Shown here piece by piece: positions 23,222-34,449 of a stretch of DNA of 64,000 bases. Within the stretch, counting starts at the first letter, position 1. Every line of letters starts with the position of its first letter. Position numbers and translations under genes: made by a program. Source of the stretch: Octopus sinensis. Taxonomy: Eukaryota. The notes below the pieces were generated by a model that was not told the origin of the DNA, ran no database searches, and was given only the letters and a program-made list of their open reading frames with translations. Location: NCBI RefSeq assembly GCF_006345805.1, contig NC_043022.1:13020001-13084000 (forward strand). The letters run 5' to 3'.

Positions 23222-26200
23222 AAACAAAACAGGGAAGTGGAAATTTGCAGATTTACTGTGATTTACCCTCCCTTTAAATCTGTGTGTGTATACATATGCC
23301 TAGGCTGTGTGGTAAGTAGCTTGCTTACCAACCACATGGTTCCAGGTTCAATCCCACTGCATGGCACCTTGGGCAAGTGTCTTCTACTATAGCCTCGGGC
23401 TGACCAAAGCCTTGTGAGTGGATTTGGTAGACAGAAACTGAAAGAAGCCCACTGTATATATATAGCTTGCTTACCAACCACATGGTTCCAGGTTCAATCC
23501 CACTGCATGGCACCTTGGGCAAGTGTCTTCTACTATAGCCTCGGGCTGACCAAAGCCTTGTGAGTGGATTTGGTAGACGGGAAACTGAAAGAAGCCCACT
23601 GTATATATATATTGCTACCAACCACATGGTTCCAGGTTCAATCCCACATGGCACCTTGGACAAGTGTCTCTACTATAGCCTCGGGTCGACCAAAGCCTTG
23701 TGAGTGGATTTGGTAGACAGAAAACTGATGAGCCTGTCGTATATATGTAAATATGTGTGTGTTGTGTGTGTTATTTTTGTGTTGTGTGTTGTGTTTGTCC
23801 CCATAGCATTGCTTGAAAACCGATGCTGGTGTGTTTATGTCCCTGTCACGTAGCGGGTTCGGCAAAAAAAGACCGATAGAATAAGTACTGGGCTCACAAA
23901 GAATAAGTCCGGGGTTGATTTGCTCGACTAAAGGCGGTGCTCCAGCATGGCCGCAGTCAAATGACTGAAACAAGTAAACAAGTAAAAGAGAGAGTAAAGA
24001 GAGAATATATGTGTGAGTGTGTGTGTATGTGTAACTGTGTATGTGTAACTATGTGTATGTGTGTGAGTGTGTATATATATATATTATTCTTTCCATTTCA
24101 ATGTCCACTTGCATGAGTCAAGTAAAATTTGCTGAGGCAGCTTTTCTGTAGCCCTTCTGTCACCAACCAAGGTAAATATTTCCCCAGAACCAGACTGGTT
24201 TCCACAGAATTTTGGAAATGAGTAACACTCATTTCTAACAATTATGCAATGTTAAGACAAGAAACACACACAAAAGCTTCTTTCAGTTTCATTGCACATT
24301 GTGTGTGTGTGGTGTGTGTGTGTGTACATATGTGTGAGTGTGTTTCCTGATTTTGATATCGCGTGATTGTTGTAAATGAATGTCATTCCTTTTCAACGTT
24401 GTGGGAAAATACACACATACGGAGGATTGAGCGTAGCTGTGTGGTTAAGAAATTCACTTCACAACCATGAGGTTTTAGTTTCAGTTCCCGTTGTGTGGAC
24501 ACCTTGGGCAAGTACCTTCTATTATAGCACCAGATCAACCAATTACTTGTAAGTGGATTTAGTAGATGGAAAATGTGTGGAAGCCCATCACATATATATA
24601 TCATCATCATCGTTTAGCGTCTGCTTTCCATGCTAGCATGGGTTGGACAGTTCAACTGGGGTCTGGGAAGCCAGAAGGCTGCACCAGGCCCAGTCTGATC
24701 TGGCAATGTTTCTACAGCTGGATGCCCTTCCTAACGCCAACCACTCCGAGAGTGTAGTGGGTGCTTTTTACATGCCACCGGCACAGGTGCCAGATGAGGC
24801 TGGCAAACGGCCACGATCGGATGGTGCTTTTTACGTGCCACCGGCCATATATATATATATATACACACACACACATGCAAAATACAGTATGTATAAGAAT
24901 ATATAAGATATATTTAAAGTATCTAAAATAACAGTTTTTAAACCTTTTGATGTGGGATTTTAAACAGATGTGGATGCACAGCAAATAAAGAATATGTGTG
25001 TATATGCATGATTGTGTGTGTATGTGTGCATGCATATATATACACACACACCCATATGTATATGCACATGTGTGTGTGTGTGTGTATATATATATGTATG
25101 TATATACATATGTGTATGTATGTACATACATTTATACAGACATAGACACACACACGCACATATATCTAATAAGGACTCTGTTAAAGATAAAGAGACAAGA
25201 TTAATGTTGTCTGTTTGGGTAGTTCTGGTGTGTAGATGGAATTCTAATCTGCTGATAGCGACAGCTTGCGTAGCACCAACAACAACAACAACAACCGTCC
25301 TCAACTGAACCAAAAACTCTTCTTTGAGGACAAACGCAGTTGCTGTTTTGTTTATCTCAAACATGAGGTTAAAGTTCAGGCCGTGAAATCCATGCAGTAT
25401 CAGTTGTCACTTTTGTTGTTGTTGTTGCTGTTTCACACAACTCTGCATTCTTCTACGCAACTCAAAAACATTGTTGCTCTCTCACTTTCAAAAACAACAA
25501 CAAACTAGAGGCACAGTCTACAGCCATGTGGTTAACAAGCTAGCTTTTCACCCACATGGTTTCAGGTTCAATCCCACTGCGCTGTACTTTGAACAAGGAC
25601 CTTCTCCTATAGCCTAACTTGTAAATTTGGTGCACGGAAACTATGTTGAAGCCTTCTATGTGCGGACACACTTTTTGCTGCCATGCCTTAAGGAATTTCA
25701 GTAGAAACAAATCAACCTCAGGACTTATTTCTGTTTTTTAAGCATGATACTTATTCTATTGGTCTCTTTTGTCAAACTACTAAGTTATGGGGACATAAAC
25801 ACACCAACACCAGTTATTAAACAGTGGTGCGGAAGACACACACACACACATATTATATATCACTAATTGACTTATATGATATCTATTTCCCATTGTCCAT
25901 TATCACATTATTTCCTTCATCCATGGGCCTAATAATTTCACCTAAACTTAATAAATAAATAAATGTCTTATTTTTATTTGTCATCTTAATTTTTTTTATT
26001 ATTCTTTTATTCCCAATGAGTTTACACCTTCATTAACACTACAAATTTTTAAATTTCAATTAATATTAAGGGCATCTATTTCTAGCCCCATTATAACGAG
26101 GTAAGCCCTAAATCTCCCCTCACCTCTTGTAGTATCACACTCACTCTAATTCAAGATCTTCATTATCTTTCACAACCACTTTATTACCATCCTAGCCCCA

Positions 26201-26740
26201 TCCCTCCCACTCTGGCCAGGTCAGCAGTGGTGGTCAGCTAGAGGATGAAAGTATCTGACATCTCCTCTTCCCTGTTCCTCTATCCATCTGTATACATCCC
26301 CTAACCTCTGTTGACAGACTTGTCCTCACTATACCTATTTCTTTACTACCCACAAGGAGCTAAACACAGAGGGGGCAAACAAGGCCAGACAAACAGATTA
26401 AGTCAACGGTTTACATCGACCCCAGTGCGTAACTGGTACTTAATTTATCGACCCCGAAAGGATGAAAGGCAAAGTCGACCTCGGCGGAATTTGAACTCGG
26501 AACGTAACGGCAGATGAAATATGGTTACACATTTCGCCCGGCGTGCTAACGGTTCTGCCAGCTCGCCGCCTATACCAACCAGTCTATATCCATTCCAGTG
26601 CATCTTACCCTTCTGTCTCTCATTCACTCCCTATTCAAAAAGGTAACCCGTATCTTCCACCATTCCTTGCCATGGATCCTCATCAGACATTCTCGTTTGA
26701 AACTGTTAACGGACCCTATCTATAACTCTATTGTGTATTA

Positions 26741-27262
26741 AAATAATAATAATAATAATAATTGTGTACAGTGCTCAGGTGCACTACAACTCATCTAAAG
26801 TGTATATATAATCAGGTGTAGTTTTGGCGGATTTCGGAAAGCATGAGGGCCTTAAAGGATGCAGTGTCATGGCAGTCAACAACTGACGCAGGCAGTTTAT
26901 TCCATGCTTCAGCAACTCTGAGCGTGAAAAAATGCTTCCGAAAGTCATGGGAGCTGTGTTGTTTTCTGACTTTGTAGGCATGTCCACGTGTGTTAGACAC
27001 ATGGAGATCAAAAAGGTGTTCAGTGTTGTTGTTGTTGGTGAGGTGGTTAATAACTTTGTGGGTGTTTACCAAGTCCATCGCCAGACGCCGGAGCTTCAGT
27101 GAATCCATGCCCAGGGAAACAAAGCGCTCAGAGTATGGTAGGTGTCTGATGGAGGGTATGCGTTTGGTTGCACGTCTCTGGACAGATTCCAGGAGGTCAA
27201 TGTTCTGAGCAAGATAGGGGTTCCAAACTGATGATGCGAAATTCATGGAACTGCGTAACACA
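26741..27262 (-). mobile_element. CR1/L2-like LINE 3' fragment
   Basis: FASSVWNPYLAQNIDLLESVQRRATKRIP...YSERF..LGMDSLKLRRL...TRGHAYKV...[14 protein letters not shown]; (AAT)n tail. Confidence 0.9.
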
Positions 27263-27651
27263 GGGGTAGGGAAGCAGATGAGGGTAAGCAACAGGGAGGG
27301 CATCCATCTGTAGAAAATCCATCTCAACAAATTCCATCTGACCCATGCGGGGAATGGAAAAGTAGACAAGAACAATGACAAATGTATTGTGTGTGTGTCT
27401 CCTTGGCTTGGCATCACTTGATAAGCTGTAAATGCGTGAATCCATCGGACAAGTGGTATTCTTTATTTCCAGTCTCACTTGAAAAACAAGTCCGGTCATA
27501 GGGAAATATTTTCCCAATTGGAAACAATAAGCAAGAACTGGCAACAACAACAAGAGCATCCGGCAACCATTAAAAAACAAAATTTCAAAAAAATTCTTTT
27601 TTTTTAAATTGGCCTCAGGAGACATTAAACAATGGTGATGATGATCTAAGC

Positions 27652-28356
27652 CAGGGGCTCACAACCGGGGTCCACAAATAAAAAAATTGTAATTTGTGAG
27701 TCCATATACTCTTTACTCTTTTACTTGTTTCAGTCGTTTGACTGTGGCCATGCTGGAGCACCACCTTTTAGTCGAGCAAATCGACACCAGGACTTATTCT
27801 TATGTAAGACCAGTACTTATTCTATCAGTGTCTTTTGCCAATCGCTAAGTTACGAGGACGTAAACACACCAGCATCGGTTGTCAAGCGATGTTGGGGGGG
27901 ACAAACATAGACACACAAACACACACACATACATACATATATATATACATATATACGACAGGCTTCTTTCAGTTTCCGCCTACCAAATCCACTTACAAGG
28001 CATTGGTCAGCCCGGGGCTATAGTAGAAGATACTTGCCCAAGATGCCATGCAGTGGGACTGAACCCAGAACCATGTGGTTGGTTAGCAAGCTACTTACCA
28101 CACAGCCACTCCTGCGCCTATAAATTTTATTTACTAGAAAGAGGTACCTGTATTTATTGATCTTTTCAAGATTTCTATTTGGAATTTATGTTATGAATAC
28201 AACGAAATTGTTTCAGGGTTTGCTTTAATGGACCGTTACTATACTAAAACAAATATTTTATTTCAAAAATTTACACGTGCATATATATATATGGGGTCCA
28301 CAGATGAAAAGATTGCTTCAGGGGTTCCACAAGCAAAATAAGGTTGAGAACCTCTG
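27652..28356. mobile_element. hAT MITE with a nested SINE (about 27710-28120)
   Basis: CAGGGGCTCACAACC...GGTTGAGAACCTCTG; TSD ATCTAAGC/ATCTAAAC. Confidence 0.8.
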
Positions 28357-28390
28357 ATCTAAACAAAATATCAGAACAAAACCCATTAAA

Positions 28391-28786
28391 TCTCTCTATA
28401 TATATAAAGCTGAAGTTGTCTGTGTATGGCAGGTTTGGTAGCCTTCAACTAACACTATCTCCTCCGATACCTTGCGGCACAAGTTGACCAAAATTGAGAG
28501 TATGATCGAAGAAAGCTTGCTCTTCATTCCTTGGAAGATAAAATTCAAATCGGACCATGTTAAAACCAAAAATTATTTACATCAAAAAGGTGCTTTTTTT
28601 CTATGAAAATCCCTATTTTTTACGATTTTTTTTTACTGCTGTGTCGCCATTTTTCAGTGTATTTCAACCAGAAAAATATTCACTTAAAGAGAATAACAAG
28701 CTACATAATGCAAAGTTTTTACTTTTCAAAAATTCCAATTCTAAAGGGTCGAAACAAACTCAAGCAACGCCGGGCGATACTGCTAG
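28391..28786 (+). mobile_element. Non-autonomous Helitron-like element
   Basis: A|TC...CTAG|T boundaries, subterminal GCAACGCCGGGC motif, no TSD. Confidence 0.7.
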
Positions 28787-29281
28787 TTAGGAATAAAGAA
28801 ACAAAATACATACATACAATAAATTACAATTTGGGAATATGATAATTCAGGTTATAACAAAAGACATCCCTGTATCATGAGGCACTTGAAATGACTCAAG
28901 TGTAATATTCTTATCTTATGCTCCCACTTTTAGACACCCACTTGAGATGACAGCAGAACATTTATAAACTCTCAGTCCAGTCTTTTTCATAATAGCTTCA
29001 GATTTAGTTTATTATGGCCATGGTCACCACCACTACCACCTCCTCCCCGTCCACCTAGCCAATCTTTACTCTTTTACTTGTTTCAGTCATTTGACTGCGG
29101 CCATGCTGGAGCACCGCTTTTAGTCGAGCAAATCGACCCCAGGACTTATTCTTTGTAAGCCCAGTACTTATTCTATCGGTCTCTTTTGCTGAACAGCTAA
29201 GTGACGGGGACGTAATCACACCAGCATCGGTTGTCAAGCAATGCTAAGCGGACAAACACAGACACAGAAACATATACATGC

Positions 29282-29319
<38 letters not shown>

Positions 29320-29982
29320 GACAGGCTTCTTTTAGTTTCCGTCTACCAAATCCACTCACAAGGCATTGGTCGGCCCGGGGCTATAGCAGAAGACACTTGC
29401 CCAAGGTGCCACGCAGTGGGACTGAACCCGGAACCATGTGGTTGGTAGGCAAGCTACTTACCACACAGCCACTCCTACGCCTATTTTCTATAATCTATTA
29501 CAATTCTATTTGGTTGGTTTGTCCATTCGCTTTTTGTCTCTTATTCGTATTTGTACTTTTGTTTGCCTCAGTTATCAGGCCGTGATCATGCTGGGGCACT
29601 ATTCTTGAAGGGGCTTCGATGAATGAATCGACTAATGTACCCCACTACTTATTTTTGCTTTTTAATGTCCGACGTTCATTTTATCAGTCTCTTCTGCCGA
29701 ACCTTTAAACTGTCGGGATACAAACAAACCAACACTGGTTGTCAAGCGGCAGCAAAAGGACAAATGCAAGCGTGTGTGTGTGTGTGTGTGTGCGTGTGAA
29801 TAACAATCGATGGATAAGTCGTCAATTCCCTACAGCTGTTTCCAATTAATTTTTAATTGGTTAATGGAGACATCACATCGTTAGACAAAACCATTTTCAA
29901 CATTTAGAAACATTAAAAAAATCAACAGCATATGCACCTTCAAGATTCTATGAGCCTTGCTCGTTATAGAATTAATTTGTGT

Positions 29983-30255
29983 ATCATCATCATCATCGTT
30001 TAACGTCCACTTTCCATGCTAGCATGGGTTGGACGATTTGACTGAGGTCTGGCGAACCAGATGGCTGCACCAGGCTCCAATCTGATCTGGCAGGGTTTCT
30101 ACAGCTGGATGCCCTTCCTAACGCCAACCACTCCGAGAGTGTAGTGGATGCTTTTACGTGCCACCGGCACGAGGGACAGTCGCGCGGTACTGGCAGCAGC
30201 CACGCTCAAATGGCGCTTTTTATGTGCCACCTGCACAGGAGCCAGTCCAGTGGCA
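29983..30255 (-). mobile_element. RTE 3' UTR copy flanked by a 51-bp direct repeat
   Basis: (CAT)n tail; the flanks 29932-29982 and 30256-30306 are near-identical. Confidence 0.8.
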
Positions 30256-30356
30256 ATGCACCTTCAAGATTCTATAAGCCTTGCTGGTTATAGAATGAAT
30301 TTGTGTCTGCATTTTGATTTTGACCTGACCCAGTGCCTTTGGTTCACTTTTACAGA

Positions 30357-30393
<37 letters not shown>

Positions 30394-30418
30394 GAAGTAA
30401 AAGCTCTAGCATAATAAA

Positions 30419-30824
30419 CATTATTAACCACATATACTCAAGTATATGTGCTTCGTATATTTCCAGTGGCTACAATAGTGTGGTGGAGTATATACACTCT
30501 CAGAATATCGGGTGTTAAAACACCTGAGTCATGGACAGATGAGGTAACTCACCTTTTATCCTGCTTGGGGGTGTTGGACACTGGTCATGGACTAGCTAGG
30601 TGACTTGCCCTCAATCCTGGCGGATACATGATGTTGACAAGCCACAAAAATATCAAAACATTAGTGTCCATCACTCCCAAATGGGACTGAAGGTGAGTTA
30701 CCTCACCTGTCGATGACAGGTGTTTTAACAACCAATGCTTTAAGAGTGGATACACTCCACCACGCTATTGTAGCCACCGGAAAATACACAAAGCATACAT
30801 GTTAAGTCTGTGTGGTTAATAATG
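30419..30824. mobile_element. Old MITE with imperfect TIRs of about 135 bp
   Basis: cattattaaccac...gaggtaactcacctt mirrors aaggtgagttacctc...gtggttaataatg. Confidence 0.75.
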
Positions 30825-30997
30825 GAGTCAAAGAGCTTCCACAAAGTTTCTGTCTACCAAATCCACTCACAAGTCATTGGTCAGTCTGTAACTGTAGTAA
30901 AAGACATTTCTTCAGAGTATCACACGGTGAAATTGAACCTGAAACCACAAGACTGCAAAGTGAATTTGCTTAACCACCTAATCATGCCAGAACCTCT

Positions 30998-31226
30998 TTA
31001 ACCCTTTAGTGTTTGCATTATTCTGCCAAAATTAATCCTTTTTTATCCACATTGTTTTGAACTAATCAGGTATTATCTTGTAGCTATGAGATTATGATGG
31101 GGTAGCTGTTAATTTTTAAAACGATATTGTAGGGTTGGTGTGAGAGACCAGATCTGGCCAGTTTGACCATAAAACAGGCAGAATACTTTTGGCCGGATAT
31201 GGCCGGTTTAAATGCTAAAGGGTTAA
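30998..31226. mobile_element. piggyBac-like MITE (TTAA|CCCTTT...AAAGGG|TTAA); further copies at 44771-44999, about 46696-46922, 53256-53485 and 61100-61327
   Basis: TTAA flanks, CCC...GGG termini, and near-identical bodies of about 225 bp at several positions. Confidence 0.85.
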
Positions 31227-32051
31227 GCTGTTGTCTAACTGTTTCTCTGTCAATAATAGTTCAAACCAGGCAAGACAAACCTCTATGAGGCCAATCCTAT
31301 CACTCCCTAAACAAATGCCCTTCCTGTCTTTAATATGAATTGATTTGACGATTGCAGTCCCAAACATAAGAGGACAACACATGCCTCTCCTTTCTTTTAC
31401 TACTAAGATGAGATGGTCATGACTAGATTGTCAATTACATGATTCTTCAATTGACCATTTCTCTGGCTTGGGACAACACACACAGAGCAGGACAATCCAA
31501 TGATAATATCACCACTGCTAATGACCAGAAACATTTCTTGCCAGCACCCATGTTGACATTAGACACAGACAAACTGGATCAAAATATGATGCAAACAGGG
31601 AATGTGTGGCAATCATCCTTTTCCCCATTGGCATTAGTAATGTGGGTGGTGAAGTTAAATAGCTACACCAAGGAATGAAAACCAGGCTACAAAGTTAAGT
31701 TGCTTACGGTTAGGCTTAACCAGACATCAACCCTTTTACTGCAGAAAGCGGTTTTAAATACCAAGCTTTTTTGTTTTTTGGAGAAGGTCATGTTTGGAAC
31801 AATCTTCTGTTGAGACATGTCAAGTTTATTGAGGCAACATGACTTGCACAAAATAGCTTTTTTTTTATTTTTTTTTTAAATTTTTGGTATTTAGAATCAT
31901 TACTGAAATAACCACGAGACTTAATTTTGCAGTTAAATGGTAAACATCTTTATAGCAGAAATCAGATCTATCCACCACTCAAAATTTCGTTACCCTTAAA
32001 CTACAGAAACTAGTTTTATATGCCAATCTATTTTTTTTTTTGCTGAGGAAC

Positions 32052-32400
32052 GGTCATGTTTGGAACAATTTTCTGTTGAAACATGTCAAGTTTATTGAAG
32101 GAATGTGATTTGCAGAAAATATTTTTTCAGTAGATATTTAACACCATAACTGCAGAAATCAGATACATCCATTCAAAATTTCATGGGAGAAGGTCATGTT
32201 TGGAACAATCTTCTGTTGAAACATGTCAAGTTTATTGAAGGAATGTGATTTGCAGAAAATATTTTTTCAGTAGATATTTAACACCATAACTGCAGAAATC
32301 AGATATATCCATTCAAAATTTCATGGGAGAAGGTCATGTTTGGAACAATTTGCTGTTGAAACATGTCGAGTTTATTGAAGGAATGTGACTTTCAGAAAAT
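32052..32400. repeat. 140-bp tandem repeat, about 2.5 units, plus a diverged unit at 31786
   Basis: ggtcatgtttggaacaat at 32052, 32192 and 32332. Confidence 0.9.
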
Positions 32401-32841
32401 GCAAATTCTATTTTTTTTAGTAGAATGATGTTAAACATCGTTACTGCAATAAACAAAAAACTTAATTTTATAATTAAAGGGTCAAAGTGCTGGTGATTCA
32501 ACCACTGCCATCTACCTGGACCGTGGCTCCACAATACCGACCACTGATTTAGCCATCTACAGAGCAGAATATATGCAAAAAATACAAATTCTACATCTCA
32601 GAAACAACAACTGAATTTAGTCCAGGCACCCCCCACTCCACCACACAAGCTGGTCATCCTTCCTACATCTGACCACCACCTACAAAAATCGCTCTAAATG
32701 TCCTACAGTCTTTGTAGTAAATCCTTGTCCTCCCACCATCTCTTGTTTTCTTCCTCCCACCGTCACTCCAGCAAGCACACTCGACACGCTTCCCTTACAT
32801 CATGACCACCACTCAAAAAGGAACACGTTTGGATTACTTAC

Positions 32842-32908
32842 TTAATCTATGCTTGGATAATGGAGAGAGTGGGATTATTTCATACTTCACTGTCTGGTTC
32901 TGGATTAT
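32842..32908 (-). CDS. CTDNEP1: CTD nuclear envelope phosphatase 1 (Dullard), second coding exon (67 nt)
   Basis: Minus strand ttttttccag|ATA ATC CAG AAC CAG...AGA TTA A|gtaagt encodes IIQNQTVKYEIIPLSPLSKHRL, matching recalled human [22 protein letters not shown]; phase 0 to phase 1. Confidence 0.92.
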
Positions 32909-34408
32909 CTGGAAAAAAATAGGAGAGAAGGAATATGTAAACATCGTTAGGGTTCAGGAGAGAAGGAAAGTTAATGAGACCGGGGTTTGGGCCCACCAGG
33001 GGCCAATCGCTTCAAAAAAAAAAATATAGAGATACAATGACACACAGACAGAAATACAGTGAGATACACACAAGGTACAATAATACACAAGTGAAAACAG
33101 TACTTTCACAACAGAGAGACAGACAGACAGACAGATAAATGGACATAGAGAGAAGATTGGGAAAGTCTCAAAACAACTCGACTTTGGATTGCTATTGCTC
33201 CAAAGTAAACAGAGGCATCGTGAAAAATCAGAAATAAAAAAGATTAAATTCAACAGACATTTACTCTTACTCTTTTACTCTTTTACTTGTTTCAGTCATT
33301 TGACTGCGGCCATGCTGGAGCACCACCTTTAGTCGAGCAAATCGACCCCGAGACTTATTCTTTGTAAGCCCAGTACTTATTCTATCGGTCTCTTTTGCCG
33401 AACCGCTAAGTAACGGGGACGTAAACACACCAGCATCGGTTGTCAAGCAATGCTAGGGGGACAAACACAGACACACAAACACACACACGCATATATATAT
33501 ATATACATATATACGACAGGCTTCTTTCAGTTTCTGTCTACCAAATCCACTCACAAGGCATTGGTCGGCCCGAGGCTATAGCAGAAGACACTTGTCCAAG
33601 ATGCCACGCTGTGGGACTGAACCCGGAACCATGTGGTTGGTAAACAAGCTACTTACCACACAGCCACTCCTGCGCCTTGTCATTTGTCTTTAATGTGCTT
33701 AAAAGAAAAGCTATTTCCTATGTATATAGGCACAGGAGGGGCTCAGTGGTAAGTAGCTTGCTTACGAACCACATGGTTCCGGGTTCAGTCCCACTGCGTG
33801 GCATCTTGGGCAAGTGTCTTCTGCTATAGCCCCGGGCTGACCAATGCCTTGTGAGTGGATTTGGTAGACGGAAACTGAAAGAAGCCCGTCGTATATATGT
33901 ATATATATGCATGCGTCTTTGTGTGTTTGTGTGTGTGTGTTTGTCCCCCTAGCATTGCTTGACAACCGATGCTGGTGTGTTTATGTCCCCGTCACTTAGC
34001 GGTTTGACAAAAGAGACCGATAGAATAAGTACTGGGCTTACTAAGAATAAGTCCCGGGGTCGATTTGCTCGACTAAAGGCGGTGCTCCAGCATGGCCGCA
34101 GTCAAATGACTGAAACAAGTAAAAGAGTAAAAAGAGTAAGAGAAAGAGAGAGGCATCATGGAAAATCAGAAATAAAAAAGATTAAACTCAACAGACATTT
34201 GTCTTTAATGTGCTTAAAAGAAAAGCTATTTCCTATGTATATAGGCGTAGGAGTGGCTGTGTGGTAAGTAGCTTGCTTACCAACCACATGGTTCCGGGTT
34301 CAGTCCCACTGCGTGGCACCTTGGGCAAGTGTCTTCTGCTATAGCCCCGGGCTGACCAAAGCCTTGTGAGTGGATTTGGTAGACGGAAACTGAAAGAAGC
34401 CCGTCGTA

Positions 34409-34449
<41 letters not shown>

